DNA of 64,000 bases from a virus (lineage: Duplodnaviria; Caudoviricetes): IMG/VR virus record IMGVR_UViG_3300028833_000119, positions 1 to 64,000 of that record; one strand, given 5' to 3'. The number at the start of each line of letters is the position of its first letter. The first letter of the stretch is position 1. Under the pieces are notes generated by a model that saw only the letters and a list, made by a program, of their open reading frames with translations, did no database searches and was not told where the DNA came from. This document shows, one piece after another, positions 27,767 to 37,884 of the stretch. Both the position numbers and the translations under genes were made by a program.

Positions 27767-29626
27767 TCAGAACGGCTGGCGATCGAGCTGGGAAAGCTGA
27801 ATACCATACTCGGGCATGGAGTCAGCGCGTGGCTTCGGTTTGGTTAATCCGGTATGATCCCACGAGAAATGGTTCAGGTCACCCTTGTCAGCCTGGAAGA
27901 TCCTGCGTGAATCACCAGCATAACAACAAGGAATATTGACTTGCTTGCCATCAAGACGTGACTTGATAATCTCAAGGTCAGGACGCTTGATAACAATCGC
28001 GTTATCGCACAGGTTCATAATGGAAGATGTGCCGGAGATATCGTCACGCGTGATCTCGGCACCTACTTTTGTCTTCCTTGGGTGTGCGACAAGCATGACA
28101 TGCGCCTGATAATGGGTTGCGAACTTTTTAATTGCGTTAATGAAGATTGCCTGCGCTCGCCATTCATCATCAGAGTCTGCAACGGAAGTCATCATGTTAT
28201 CAATCAGGAAGAGCTTTGCATTGTACTTGCGAGCAGCCTGTGTGAAGACATTGATGATTGCGTCCGTCTGCTTCAGGTCAACGAACTGTTCGTTGTTGTC
28301 ATAAAGCAGAAGCCTGTCGCCAAGCCAGTCAAGAATACGATGCTGGATTTCCGGGGAAACATACGGAATATTTCGTCCACGGATCGGGTCCCATTTCAGG
28401 CCGATCCAGTCACTTCCTGCAGCCTGTGCCAAGATCCATTCCTGAAACAATCCTGCGGAGAGTTCACCGGAATACGCAACACATGTATATCCCTGTTCGA
28501 TTGCATTCAACAGGATCAGGCCGGACAGCGTTGATTTACCGTTGCCGGACTTGCCGGTGAACACAGTGACACAACCCTCGGCAAGACCGCCGATTGCATC
28601 GTCCAGCGCAGGAATATTGGTTTTGATCCGGGGAATCTTGGTTGGATCAACAGGAATAATATCAGCGACCCGGATGAGCCCTTTTGTTTTTACATCGTCG
28701 GCGGACTCAACCATTTCGATCAGCGCGGACTCGCCGAAACGATACAGGATTTCGTTGGCATCCTTGCAATACTGCACAGGATTTGTACCCGGAATCTCCG
28801 GGTAATCCTTAACAATCAGGACCCTGTATTCACCAAGCTTTTTTGTCCAGTTCTCAACGCCACGATGACCAGGCGCGTCGTTATCACCGAACAGGATAAT
28901 GGTCTGGAACTTTTCAAGCCAGTCATAGCAATATGTGATCCAGTCGTTGTTGTCCACACCGCATGGGACAGACACAACATTGGTCAGACCGGCTTCATAC
29001 AGAGACAACGCATCAATCTCGCCCTCAGTAATAATAAGCGGCTGATTAAAAACAACCCCGTCCATGTTGTACAGGATTGCCTTGGTGCCGGACTCCTGCC
29101 ATTCCTTGCGGCCTTTATCTTCAGGCAACGGTTTTCTTGGCTTGCGGAACTTATGATATACATCCTCGCCGTTCCAGAAGAACCGAAAAACAATGTTGCC
29201 TTCCTTATCGGATCCAATCCTCAGCGCATCCACAGTCGAACGCGAGATTTTACGCGACTCAAAATACCTGTATATTTCTTCGGTCGGATCAAAGACAGAA
29301 ATACTCGGAAGAACAAACTGTTTGTCGGATTTCTTTGAAAAAACAGAACGATTCAGTTTTACGTCCTGACCTGACAATTCCTTGACAAGCTCTTCAAACC
29401 TGCCGTGGCGCCCACAGGAACCGCGCTTGCAGACGAATGTACCGTTGTTTAAAAACAGCGCAAAGGTATGTTTATCTTTTCCGTGAGAACCGCCGTGACA
29501 CAAAGGACAAAGGTCAGGAATGATTTTCTCATCCTGGCCCGAAGTCTTAATGGAATATGGCGCGAGATACTTGTCAGCGAAATCTACGATCCGTTGCCTT
29601 TGCTCTTGGTCAAGCAAACCACTCAC
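27767..29626 (-). CDS. Primase-helicase (T7 gp4/Twinkle-like)
   Basis: Zn finger CPLC...CKRGSC; TOPRIM ITEGEIDAL and FGDND; Walker A GKSGNGKS; LIDN; LVAHPRK; DISG. Confidence 0.92.
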   Translation of the reverse strand: MSGLLDQEQRQRIVDFADKYLAPYSIKTSGQDEKIIPDLCPLCHGGSHGKDKHTFALFLNNGTFVCKRGSCGRHGRFEELVKELSGQDVKLNRSVFSKKSDKQFVLPSISVFDPTEEIYRYFESRKISRSTVDALRIGSDKEGNIVFRFFWNGEDVYHKFRKPRKPLPEDKGRKEWQESGTKAILYNMDGVVFNQPLIITEGEIDALSLYEAGLTNVVSVPCGVDNNDWITYCYDWLEKFQTIILFGDNDAPGHRGVENWTKKLGEYRVLIVKDYPEIPGTNPVQYCKDANEILYRFGESALIEMVESADDVKTKGLIRVADIIPVDPTKIPRIKTNIPALDDAIGGLAEGCVTVFTGKSGNGKSTLSGLILLNAIEQGYTCVAYSGELSAGLFQEWILAQAAGSDWIGLKWDPIRGRNIPYVSPEIQHRILDWLGDRLLLYDNNEQFVDLKQTDAIINVFTQAARKYNAKLFLIDNMMTSVADSDDEWRAQAIFINAIKKFATHYQAHVMLVAHPRKTKVGAEITRDDISGTSSIMNLCDNAIVIKRPDLEIIKSRLDGKQVNIPCCYAGDSRRIFQADKGDLNHFSWDHTGLTKPKPRADSMPEYGIQLSQLDRQPF

Positions 29627-31185
29627 TCCTTCAACGCTTCTTCAACCTGCTTATACCGACCTGACATCAGTTTATCCACCAGACACTTGTACGGATCCAG
29701 TTCGCCGGACATAACCATGTCGGCAATGTTTGGCGAGAAACCGGATACCAGCGCAACGCCAAGTTCATTTGTAGTTACCGGAATAGTTCCTGTGCGTGAG
29801 CAGACGTTCCAGAAGATCAGGCGGGGGAGCTTATAGCCGGCGGATTCCCAGCGGTTACGAATCGTATCGAAGAGCGTCTGATCGACCTTGGAACAGTAAT
29901 ACAAATAACTGCAACAAGCTGTTGCCTGGTCGAACTCCATGTCACTGACGATCAGCACATTCGCCGGGAGCTCCTCCTGTTTCAGATGGTTCCTCACGGC
30001 GGTATCAAGGATCAGATCGAACGTCTTTTCGATGTTCGTGTTCGAGCACTCGTCATGATGACGCATGATCTGAAGTTTTGCCGCCAGTGTCAGGCCATCG
30101 TGGAAATGCACATACTTCGGATTTGCAGAGAAGGTTATGAACGAATCCTTGTACGGACCCGTCAGTTTCTCTGAGAAGTAAATGCCAAGCGAACGCGCCA
30201 CATCATGGCAGGAAACGCCTGTATTACCAACAGGTGAACCCATTGAACCGGAACCGTCAACGACAACCAGTGTGGAGCCGTTCTCAGGCACTTTGTTCGG
30301 CAGTGCTTTCCACTGTTCCTCAAGCGTCGGATCGGCATCACACTTGTTTCGATACGCATGAACGATATCATACGGGAAAAGTACACCGGAATGGATCTTC
30401 GCTTTGCCTTCCTTGACATTTGTCAAGTACTCTTCATATCGATCGCCGTCATGGCGGAGGAAAGCGTCGCGATAATTCATGGCTGCGCGGGAAGGGACTC
30501 CTTCGTAGTCAATCTCGCTCCACTGATTCGCAGACATCTGCTGTTCGACAACCTTGATGCGCCTGCGTAGACCTGAAAGATTCATGCGATACTGTGCCGG
30601 CGCCCATCCGAACGCGTTTCGCAGGAATTCAGCCCTGCGGCGAGTTTCTTTGGAGGAAGTGTTGAGTGACGGTAACCACTTGGCAAGCAAAGAAACAGGC
30701 TGTTTGGTATTTGCCATCCGGATGTCCGACTGAATCTGCATACGGAGTAATTCGATCGCTTCGTCACGCACCTTGCACGGCACATGACCGAACACAACTT
30801 CGACCACATCATCCCAGCGGCCATAAAACGGAATCAGATGAAGCAGTTTGATCGCTGCGTCCTGGTTTTCATTGCAAAAACGCTCAAAAATCACGCGGAA
30901 CGTACGTCTTTCACCGCAACCTTCTCTCGCATCCCTGGCGAAGAACAGCCAAAGGATCGCAAGCGTCGGATTTTCATTGTACGCCGGCAAAAACTTGTTC
31001 CAGATCTCATCCGGAGACATATTTCGCATGGACGAAAGCGCAAAATTGCAGTCCAGCAGGGCTTTGCCGGTTGTGCGGAGTCCAACAGCGCCGTTTTCGG
31101 TTACGGAAACGTTCGGCTGAAGCCAGTAAGCTCTTTCGGCGAGCGCAGACATAAAATCACTCATCATCTTCATCTCCTTTATCAA
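29623..31185 (-). CDS. DUF2828 family TROVE-like/vWA protein
   Basis: FFARDAREGCGERR, YGRWDD, LLAKWLPS, VVVDGSGSM (MIDAS), STNIE-like SNTNIE, IVSDMEFD and IFWN. Confidence 0.85.
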   Translation of the reverse strand: MIKEMKMMSDFMSALAERAYWLQPNVSVTENGAVGLRTTGKALLDCNFALSSMRNMSPDEIWNKFLPAYNENPTLAILWLFFARDAREGCGERRTFRVIFERFCNENQDAAIKLLHLIPFYGRWDDVVEVVFGHVPCKVRDEAIELLRMQIQSDIRMANTKQPVSLLAKWLPSLNTSSKETRRRAEFLRNAFGWAPAQYRMNLSGLRRRIKVVEQQMSANQWSEIDYEGVPSRAAMNYRDAFLRHDGDRYEEYLTNVKEGKAKIHSGVLFPYDIVHAYRNKCDADPTLEEQWKALPNKVPENGSTLVVVDGSGSMGSPVGNTGVSCHDVARSLGIYFSEKLTGPYKDSFITFSANPKYVHFHDGLTLAAKLQIMRHHDECSNTNIEKTFDLILDTAVRNHLKQEELPANVLIVSDMEFDQATACCSYLYYCSKVDQTLFDTIRNRWESAGYKLPRLIFWNVCSRTGTIPVTTNELGVALVSGFSPNIADMVMSGELDPYKCLVDKLMSGRYKQVEEALKE

Positions 31186-31753
31186 ATTCGTCGTACTCTT
31201 CCTTGAGTTTTTTTATTTTTTTATCAATTGCCTGAAAACATACCCCAAACTGACCTGCTATTTCACGTATATTCATGCCATACAAACGCATTGATGCAAT
31301 CCGTTGTGTGCTTTCATTCTGTGTAGACATAAAAAGATTGAAATCTATTTCTGTCTCTTTGTCCGGGACCCAATGTTTTGACATACCATCAATTTCAATC
31401 CCGCTCGACACGAGAACGTCATAAGAAACTGTTGCAGGAATTGAATTGGTTATCTTGGTAAAACTGGACGTTCTTAACGGGACGGAAACAGACTGGTTTT
31501 GCAATACCAGTCTGCTCATTGCGTTTGTCGCATCGTACCATGGGAACTTGTTTATCTTTTCTTCTGTGTCGCAGTTGCGGATATATTTCAAGAACGCAAT
31601 GGCAACTTCCTGGACACAGTCATCATAAGATGCCTGACGTGCACTTTTGCCTGTATACCTTGCCATAAAATTATCGACAGACCGATAAATTTTCGGCATG
31701 TTCTGCTCGATTAATTCGGCTTCGCGTTCCCTGGACAATTGCATAAGAAACAC
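31157..31753 (-). CDS. Phage RNA polymerase sigma-factor-like protein
   Basis: Region 2-like IEQNMPKI...YDDCVQEVAIAFLK; region 4 HTH YGMNIREIAGQFGVCFQAI. Confidence 0.7.
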   Translation of the reverse strand: MFLMQLSREREAELIEQNMPKIYRSVDNFMARYTGKSARQASYDDCVQEVAIAFLKYIRNCDTEEKINKFPWYDATNAMSRLVLQNQSVSVPLRTSSFTKITNSIPATVSYDVLVSSGIEIDGMSKHWVPDKETEIDFNLFMSTQNESTQRIASMRLYGMNIREIAGQFGVCFQAIDKKIKKLKEEYDEFDKGDEDDE

Positions 31754-31848
31754 TCCCTCCCATTCACGTATTCATGTGATGGTGAGGGAGTGAATGTGTA
31801 AAACGTGCGATCCCTCACACTATTTGGTTTTGTGAGAATATTTAATCT

Positions 31849-32298
31849 TTAGAAAGGAAGTCCATTATCGAATTCTACAGGCGTAAACCCTGGATTCTGC
31901 GTATAAGTCTGTGCGGGCGCCTGCTGATAAACAGGAGCCTGTGCGGCGGGAGCGGACGCCTGTGCCTTTGCTTCGGATTCAGCCCTGGTTTCAATCAGGT
32001 CAATTTCCGCGTTATTGATCTCAACGGCGGTGTGCTTGACATTATCGCTTCCAACATAATCGCGGATCACAAGATCTCCGGACACTCCTACACGGTGACC
32101 TTTCCGCAGAAATTTCGTCGCGATATCCGCAGTCGCTCCCCATGCGGACACGCGGTAGAAGTTGGTGCCGTACTGATTTGTCTGCTTATCCTTGTTCTTG
32201 TTCTGCGCGGCAACGCTGAAGTTCGCCACATTGCGACCGTTGAAGTCCTTTACCTCAACATCGCTTGCCATACGACCGATTACAGTAATTCTGTTCAT
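31849..32298 (-). CDS. ssb: Single-stranded DNA-binding protein
   Basis: MNRITVIGR...NFSVA...FYRVSAWG...LRKGHRVGVSG; acidic tail DNGLPF. Confidence 0.95.
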   Translation of the reverse strand: MNRITVIGRMASDVEVKDFNGRNVANFSVAAQNKNKDKQTNQYGTNFYRVSAWGATADIATKFLRKGHRVGVSGDLVIRDYVGSDNVKHTAVEINNAEIDLIETRAESEAKAQASAPAAQAPVYQQAPAQTYTQNPGFTPVEFDNGLPF

Positions 32299-32310
32299 AA
32301 AATTTCTCCT

Positions 32311-33285
32311 TTACACATTGAATGCATGATACAGTTTGGTTAATACATCGATATCAGTGACCTGTTTATAATTTGCAGTGCCGCAAATCTCGATCACCTT
32401 TGCCTTGGTTCCTTCCTTGTCCGCAGCTGCAGCGGCAACGATCAGCGGGTCAACCACGGCGAGCGCCTTTGCAACGCGGTCGGAAAGATCGGAAGGAGCG
32501 GGGGAGGGAGCGGGAACTTCCGCAGTCTTTGGCGCAGGGACAGCGCCGGACGAAAGCCATGCATACATCTGTTTGCCGGTATTCTCGTCAATCACAAAAT
32601 ATTTTCCATCAAACATTCCGGTACGGTCTTTGGTGGCATTGGCAACATGGTCATAATCCAGCATAAAAGACACAGTAAACTCGTACTCAATGCCTTCTTT
32701 CATAACAACGCCCATACCGAGAGCTTTGATCTGCTTTTTCCCACTTTCGTTCGTCGTCTGCTGGTATTCCATCTTGGCTCTCATATTTGCTATAATATGA
32801 GCGGGAGACTGCAGCATCGCATCAACAAGCTTGTTGTGCTTCGGGGTGATAGTCCTCCACGCCGTCCACGAATTACCGGAACGCTCGGCGATTTTGCCCT
32901 GCTGGTCCAGAGCGCCGCCGGCTCCTGCCCATGCGTGGGAAAGACTGTCAATGATAATTACATTCATTCCATAGTTTTCCGCCATATGAATAGCATCCAC
33001 AAAAACATCTGGTTCAAAAGGCGGAGGAAGCGGAATTGTGTTATACTCGCCAATTACTGTAGCACCAACCTGTTTGCCGACATACAGAGAACCGGAGCCG
33101 GATTCCGTATCAATAATACAGATCTTGCTCCATATTTCCGCTTCGGAAAGATTCGGATATTCCGCTCTGGTAATACCATAAGCCATCAGAAGCGAGCTCA
33201 TGGTTTTCCCGGCTCCTGCGGGGCCTGCGATAGAAACTTTGATACGAACCTGTTCTCTTTGAGCTTTCTTAAACTGAAGCGCCAT
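32311..33285 (-). CDS. AAA ATPase, Sak4/AAA_24-like recombination protein
   Basis: GPAGAGKT, IIDTE, IIIDSLSHAW and EYEFTV. Confidence 0.85.
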   Translation of the reverse strand: MALQFKKAQREQVRIKVSIAGPAGAGKTMSSLLMAYGITRAEYPNLSEAEIWSKICIIDTESGSGSLYVGKQVGATVIGEYNTIPLPPPFEPDVFVDAIHMAENYGMNVIIIDSLSHAWAGAGGALDQQGKIAERSGNSWTAWRTITPKHNKLVDAMLQSPAHIIANMRAKMEYQQTTNESGKKQIKALGMGVVMKEGIEYEFTVSFMLDYDHVANATKDRTGMFDGKYFVIDENTGKQMYAWLSSGAVPAPKTAEVPAPSPAPSDLSDRVAKALAVVDPLIVAAAAADKEGTKAKVIEICGTANYKQVTDIDVLTKLYHAFNV

Positions 33286-33331
33286 AACTTATTTCTCCTT
33301 TTTCGTATTTATTCGGTTTCCTGTCACTATT

Positions 33332-33362
33332 TATGGGAACATTTTTGCCTTGTTTGTCTACC
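33332..33362 (-). promoter_or_regulatory. Phage-specific promoter motif, copy 2
   Basis: GGTAGACAAACAAGGCAAAAATGTTCCCATA upstream of the recombination/replication operon. Confidence 0.65.
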
Positions 33363-33384
33363 AGTTTGAAAAATATTTTTTTTA

Positions 33385-33879
33385 TTAAGCTGCGATAAAC
33401 TTCAGATAGAACCCGCGAAGCTTAATCTGCTTTTCTTTGCTCTCATTCTCAACATATTTGGCCATAGGAACATTGCCCCAACCAAATGCTTTTGCTGCCT
33501 GTGTAATAGACGGGTACTCGCCAATCTTTTTGCCGTTCGGAGCATATTTGCCGATCTTCCTGGGCTTCCGACTGTGAGATTTTTCCGCAGGGACAGTATC
33601 CTTGGCTTTTTCAGCTTCCTGTTTCAGCCTGATAAATTCCGGAACTGGCCTTTCCGCAGGTTCTTCGGTGATTGCAGGGTTGCTGTCATCTTTTACAAGC
33701 TCAAGGGACTCAACAGCCATTTTGATTGCGGCATGTTTATCGTTCAGCTTGTTAATTTCCGCTTCCAGAACACCAAGCCGGAAACGAACAGCGTTTGCCT
33801 CTTCATTTCTTTCTTTCAGCGTTTTCGCGATCGAGGCCTCTTCTTCTTTTAACTGAGCAACCATTAAAGAAAGTTCCAT
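33385..33879 (-). CDS. Coiled-coil protein with C-terminal NUMOD1-like HTH
   Basis: MELSL start with RBS AAAGGAG; KIGKYAPNGKKIGEYPSITQAAKAFG. Confidence 0.7.
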   Translation of the reverse strand: MELSLMVAQLKEEEASIAKTLKERNEEANAVRFRLGVLEAEINKLNDKHAAIKMAVESLELVKDDSNPAITEEPAERPVPEFIRLKQEAEKAKDTVPAEKSHSRKPRKIGKYAPNGKKIGEYPSITQAAKAFGWGNVPMAKYVENESKEKQIKLRGFYLKFIAA

Positions 33880-33979
33880 ATTGTTTTTCTCCTTTCTAAT
33901 CGTACAATAATACAAACTGTTCCGTTGCGTCCGTACACAACCGTCACATTCGTTACAATTTTTATAAAAATTTCCGGCG

Positions 33980-34025
33980 GAAAAAAAACACGGCCCACGT
34001 TTTTGTGAGTCGTGTGAGTTTCTTC
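33980..34025 (-). terminator. Terminator after the second recombinase
   Basis: acacgactcac-aaaaac-gtgggccgtgt followed by a T run on the minus strand. Confidence 0.6.
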
Positions 34026-34033
34026 CTATTATA

Positions 34034-34948
34034 TTATCTGCCCCAGGCAAGGGAGTTGACAGCATCATGCCGCTGCTCCGCAGTGGAGTGGTCGTACCGG
34101 TTGGTGATGGCCAGGGACTTGTGGTTCGCAAGGTCCCTGGCAACCGCTCCGCCGCCGATCTTCTCGACCGCAGATACGAACGAGTGCCTGAATACGTGCA
34201 AGCCACCTTGATATCCCTTATCCAGAATTCCGGCCTTCTTCTGCTTGTTCGTCATAGCGTACCAGAGCTGGTTTGGGCTGCATGGCATACCATGCGTGGT
34301 TATGAAAAGCGGATCGCTGTCCTTGATGTCCTTCCGCGTCTTCAGGTACGTCTCCACATACTTGTACGCAAATTCCGCCACATCCACATCCTTGATGGCG
34401 CCGCCCTTACGGCGAACACGCACATATCCGTGCTTGTAATTCCGCAGATGCCCCACCGTCAGCTGGCAAAGCTCTGATGCGCGGAGGCCTGTGCCGATAA
34501 ACATGGCGATGATCGCCCTGTCACGCTTCTTCAGGTCGGAGTCGCGCTTTGGAATTGCCAGCAGCTTTGAGATGTCCTCATCGGAGTAGTACTTATCCTT
34601 CGGCTTCTCCTCATCCGGGATCTGATCATAAGAGGGGAGCCGCATCGTCTTCAGCACGTTCGACACATCCGGAATGTCCGGATAGATCGTATGTGCCCAG
34701 CGAAGGAACGGATTAATTGTTACCACATAGTTATTGATTGTGGACGGCTTCTTGTCCTTCTTGAACGCATTGAACCAGCGCTGCAGTGAAGCGCCGGTCA
34801 ACCCGTCGATGGATTCCTCGTTCATCTTAACACCGAAGTCCTCCATCTGGCGGAAGACCCGCTGAAGAACGTCGATATGGTGTGCCACAGAGGTTTCTGC
34901 GATACTGCAGGACTCGACATAGAAATCGATCATCGGATACATACACAT
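34034..34948 (-). CDS. Second tyrosine recombinase (Xer-like)
   Basis: RDRAIIAMFIGTGLRASEL, VRRKGG, LHVFRHSF and LANHKSLAITNRY. Confidence 0.9.
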   Translation of the reverse strand: MCMYPMIDFYVESCSIAETSVAHHIDVLQRVFRQMEDFGVKMNEESIDGLTGASLQRWFNAFKKDKKPSTINNYVVTINPFLRWAHTIYPDIPDVSNVLKTMRLPSYDQIPDEEKPKDKYYSDEDISKLLAIPKRDSDLKKRDRAIIAMFIGTGLRASELCQLTVGHLRNYKHGYVRVRRKGGAIKDVDVAEFAYKYVETYLKTRKDIKDSDPLFITTHGMPCSPNQLWYAMTNKQKKAGILDKGYQGGLHVFRHSFVSAVEKIGGGAVARDLANHKSLAITNRYDHSTAEQRHDAVNSLAWGR

Positions 34949-35021
34949 AAAAATACTCCTTTCTCAGTCGGTGGTGTGGTGGTTCATGGTTTGCATATTA
35001 TACCATATTTTACATCGTTTG

Positions 35022-35189
35022 TCAATTCAGATAAACCTGACTTACACTTTCCAACTGAATGCAGAACTTTTCGCCGTTGGAAATGAAATATACATTTCCA
35101 TTCCTCACACAAAACTCCATATTATCGATTTCCTTCCGCACAAACTCATCATTGTTGTTCCTGTAGTCGATCATCATTACTTTTTCCAT
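35022..35189 (-). CDS. Small hypothetical protein
   Basis: MEKVMMIDY..., 55 aa, RBS AAGGAG (below the ORF track cutoff). Confidence 0.55.
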   Translation of the reverse strand: MEKVMMIDYRNNNDEFVRKEIDNMEFCVRNGNVYFISNGEKFCIQLESVSQVYLN

Positions 35190-35201
35190 ATTAATTTCTC
35201 C

Positions 35202-35438
35202 TTACGCAATTTCAACACGTTTCGCATTACTGTTTATCAGGTCGGTCAGTTTGGTTACAAGATTAGTCCTCGTCTCAATGGCAAGGTAACCAAGATTCTT
35301 GACAACGTCGCTGTCTGTTTCTTCAATTTCAATTCTGTATGTAACAATTTCATGATTCAATGCCTGTACGATCCATCCAAGCTCTGTTGGACTCAGCGTT
35401 TGGGAAGGACATGATTTTACTTTCGGCATACTCAACAC
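35202..35438 (-). CDS. Hypothetical protein
   Basis: Operon-packed ORF. Confidence 0.55.
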   Translation of the reverse strand: MLSMPKVKSCPSQTLSPTELGWIVQALNHEIVTYRIEIEETDSDVVKNLGYLAIETRTNLVTKLTDLINSNAKRVEIA

Positions 35439-35665
35439 TCCCTTGCAGATTCAAGGCATTCGATCGTATCCTCAACAGAAGCCAGCGCATCATCCAGATT
35501 CTCGACAGCTTCTTCCATCATCTCATACCGGTCAGATCCTTCCAGGGACTCCGGCAGGTTGTCAAATGCTTCCTCTTCCTGATCATGTATGTTTTCAATC
35601 TGGTCGCGGATATCAGCCAGCGCTACAAGCAGAGCATCAATCACTTTCCGTCTCGCTTTATTCAT
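35432..35665 (-). CDS. Hypothetical helical phage protein
   Basis: MNKARRK...EEEAFDNLPESLEGSDRYE pattern. Confidence 0.7.
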   Translation of the reverse strand: MNKARRKVIDALLVALADIRDQIENIHDQEEEAFDNLPESLEGSDRYEMMEEAVENLDDALASVEDTIECLESAREC

Positions 35666-35666
35666 C

Positions 35667-35999
35667 TTACTTGTCCTCCTCAAAAATCACATGTCCTGTA
35701 TATTCCTGTGTGTCACCATTCTTCCAGCAAACAAACCGGTCAGGCGTCATCTCATACTCGTAACGATAAACAACATCGACATAATGGATACTTGAGGTCT
35801 GATTAAGTATTGTGCGAACGCGGTTCATGACTTCAATTGGTTTCATGTCGCTTGCAAAAAAGAAAACAGCGTGATGATCTTCACGCTCATCAATATCACG
35901 ATCACTGATTCCAAGGAAGTCCTCAAACAGAACCAGAATTCCGGTCGTAACTTTCTTGTTGCCTTCCATCTGGATTTCTACATTATAATAAGCATTCAT
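35667..35999 (-). CDS. Hypothetical protein
   Basis: Operon-packed ORF with RBS. Confidence 0.6.
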   Translation of the reverse strand: MNAYYNVEIQMEGNKKVTTGILVLFEDFLGISDRDIDEREDHHAVFFFASDMKPIEVMNRVRTILNQTSSIHYVDVVYRYEYEMTPDRFVCWKNGDTQEYTGHVIFEEDK

Positions 36000-36000
36000 A

Positions 36001-36219
36001 TCACATCACCCTTTCAATTTCTTCTTCGGTATCCCAGCGCACAATCTTTGCGGTGGCAAACTTCCCGGCGCGGAACTCCGCGTAGACGAAATCCCGCATG
36101 TCTCCCAGGCTGTCCGACCTGTATCCGCAACGGTAATATTTCCTGCTTCCTTTCTGCCGGTACAGCGCAGTATAATAGGTAGGTTCTGTTGCCCATACAG
36201 CTTTCTGGCTCATAACCAT
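36001..36219 (-). CDS. Hypothetical protein
   Basis: Operon-packed ORF. Confidence 0.55.
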   Translation of the reverse strand: MVMSQKAVWATEPTYYTALYRQKGSRKYYRCGYRSDSLGDMRDFVYAEFRAGKFATAKIVRWDTEEEIERVM

Positions 36220-36410
36220 TCCTCCGTTTCATCATCGTATACTTCGATGCCGTCATAGTCCGGCCACTCTTCAATGTCGTCTTCCGAGAAATAATCCCGG
36301 AAATCTGACTTCGCTTCCTGAAGGCTGTTTGCACGGGTGTACTTATACCCCCATGTCCTGCCTTCCTCGCAACAGAGATAACAAACCGGAATCCGATACT
36401 GGTTTTTCAT
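36210..36410 (-). CDS. Hypothetical acidic protein
   Basis: RBS AAGGAGG. Confidence 0.55.
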   Translation of the reverse strand: MKNQYRIPVCYLCCEEGRTWGYKYTRANSLQEAKSDFRDYFSEDDIEEWPDYDGIEVYDDETEEWL

Positions 36411-36518
36411 TGCGCTTTCCTCCTTATTGTGATAAAATTTCCATGACCCCTTTCTTGCGTGGTGGCTTGAAAGGTTGGTGTTCATGGTTGGGAGTCGGAG
36501 TGGTGTCCGGCTCCCTTT

Positions 36519-36827
36519 TTATTTCTTTCTTTCGCCGGCACGAACCATAATGGTTCCGCGCTTTCCTTCGTGGAGCAGACGGTCAAGTGTATTCATATGC
36601 GGAAGCATCCGCGCTCTCGGAGCCCTGGGTCGGAGCGTCGGCGGAATATACGGTTTCGGATCTCCGGCATGATGACGTCCGGCAAGCCTGTAGTATTCCT
36701 CTGCCTGTCTCTGCCTGCGCGCCTCATCCAGCGCGTCCATCATCAGGTGTCTGGCAAAAATTCCTCCGATAATGAACGCGCACACGAACATGGCGCCGAG
36801 GATAATGATTGCAAACACGATGTACAT
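36519..36827 (-). CDS. Membrane-anchored hypothetical protein
   Basis: N-terminal TM helix; RBS AAGGAGGAG. Confidence 0.65.
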   Translation of the reverse strand: MYIVFAIIILGAMFVCAFIIGGIFARHLMMDALDEARRQRQAEEYYRLAGRHHAGDPKPYIPPTLRPRAPRARMLPHMNTLDRLLHEGKRGTIMVRAGERKK

Positions 36828-37180
36828 CAGCGACTCCTCCTTTTTCTGTACGGAAATACGTTCAGATGCGTCTGGTCAACCTTGAAGCTGTAGTCCATCA
36901 GGTCGCCGGCATAATTAAAAGCGAGAACCGTGCTGTAATTCTCGCCTTCAATTTCTGTTCCGTGCTTCTTCGCGAACTTTTCGAGCTTTGCCCAGTCCGA
37001 ACACTCCTTAAAGAAGTGATACACGAGCTTGATAAACTCGCTAACATCGTCCGACAGCAGATGTTCCTGCAGTTCGTGGTCAAACTTGGTATTTGCCCAG
37101 CCATTATCCGTCATTTCTGCGCTGAAACACCCAATGGGTGTTCGCTCATACTGTTTATACTCTACAGGATCATATTTCAT
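36827..37180 (-). CDS. Hypothetical protein
   Basis: Operon-packed ORF. Confidence 0.6.
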   Translation of the reverse strand: MKYDPVEYKQYERTPIGCFSAEMTDNGWANTKFDHELQEHLLSDDVSEFIKLVYHFFKECSDWAKLEKFAKKHGTEIEGENYSTVLAFNYAGDLMDYSFKVDQTHLNVFPYRKRRSR

Positions 37181-37394
37181 TCAGATCAAACTCCTTTCCG
37201 GGAGCAAGTTCCCAATTCCACACTTCCTCATCGGAAAGTTTTCGCATATAGATCAGCTTTCCCCATGCTTCACGGTCAATCTCGCGCACATACATCCGCT
37301 CACCGAAGTCATTGAGATCCGTAAGGCCGTCGATCGGCATCGCGCCGGGAGTCGGAGGCCTCATCAACATGTAATACACATAACGTTTACTCAT
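37170..37394 (-). CDS. DarA C-terminal-like (defence-against-restriction) domain protein
   Basis: YYMLMRPPTPGAMP...REAWGKLIY...LSDEEV..WEL pattern. Confidence 0.5.
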   Translation of the reverse strand: MSKRYVYYMLMRPPTPGAMPIDGLTDLNDFGERMYVREIDREAWGKLIYMRKLSDEEVWNWELAPGKEFDLNEI

Positions 37395-37692
37395 CTTCCT
37401 CATCCTCCACCCATATATCATTCAGTTCCGCCTGACTGAACACAATTTCCTCGGCCTGCGTGTCATAATCGTCCGCGTAATACTCCTCATCAACCTCATC
37501 CATGCATTCGCTGACAAAATCTTCCTCATCAAAGTCTTCCGTGAAACGCAAGTTCTCGGAATTTATCTCGATCTGATGCCGGATGCAGGATTCCCATGTG
37601 TCTCTGCGGATTTCCTCGTATGCGAGGCTCATTTCTGCCGGCGTCAGAACAATTTCGAGCTTTACGCCGTTGATTTCTCTTGTGATCTTCAT
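37387..37692 (-). CDS. Acidic hypothetical protein
   Basis: Very Asp/Glu-rich; IVLTPAEM...AYEE N-terminus. Confidence 0.6.
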   Translation of the reverse strand: MKITREINGVKLEIVLTPAEMSLAYEEIRRDTWESCIRHQIEINSENLRFTEDFDEEDFVSECMDEVDEEYYADDYDTQAEEIVFSQAELNDIWVEDEEDE

Positions 37693-37694
37693 AC

Positions 37695-37883
37695 TTACCA
37701 CCCTGCCTTTCTCTTATTGTCGTCCGCCTCACGGAACCACTCCATGATCTGCCGGACTTTCTCCGTGTTCGGATAAACCCACACTGTCATTCCGTCCTCG
37801 TTCTTCTCCCAAGAGAGATGATGTACGCCAAGGCTCCATAAGGTCTGCTCCAGTTTCCGGTTCATCGTGCGAAGTGTTGCCAT
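37695..37883 (-). CDS. Hypothetical protein (DUF5659-like size and pattern)
   Basis: RKLEQTLWSLG...VWVYPNT. Confidence 0.55.
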   Translation of the reverse strand: MATLRTMNRKLEQTLWSLGVHHLSWEKNEDGMTVWVYPNTEKVRQIMEWFREADDNKRKAGW

Positions 37884-37884
37884 A

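Noticed and set aside
33880-34206. N-terminal extension of ORF 33385-34206
   Set aside because: It runs through the recombinase 3' end and a terminator; a good RBS precedes Met at 33879.
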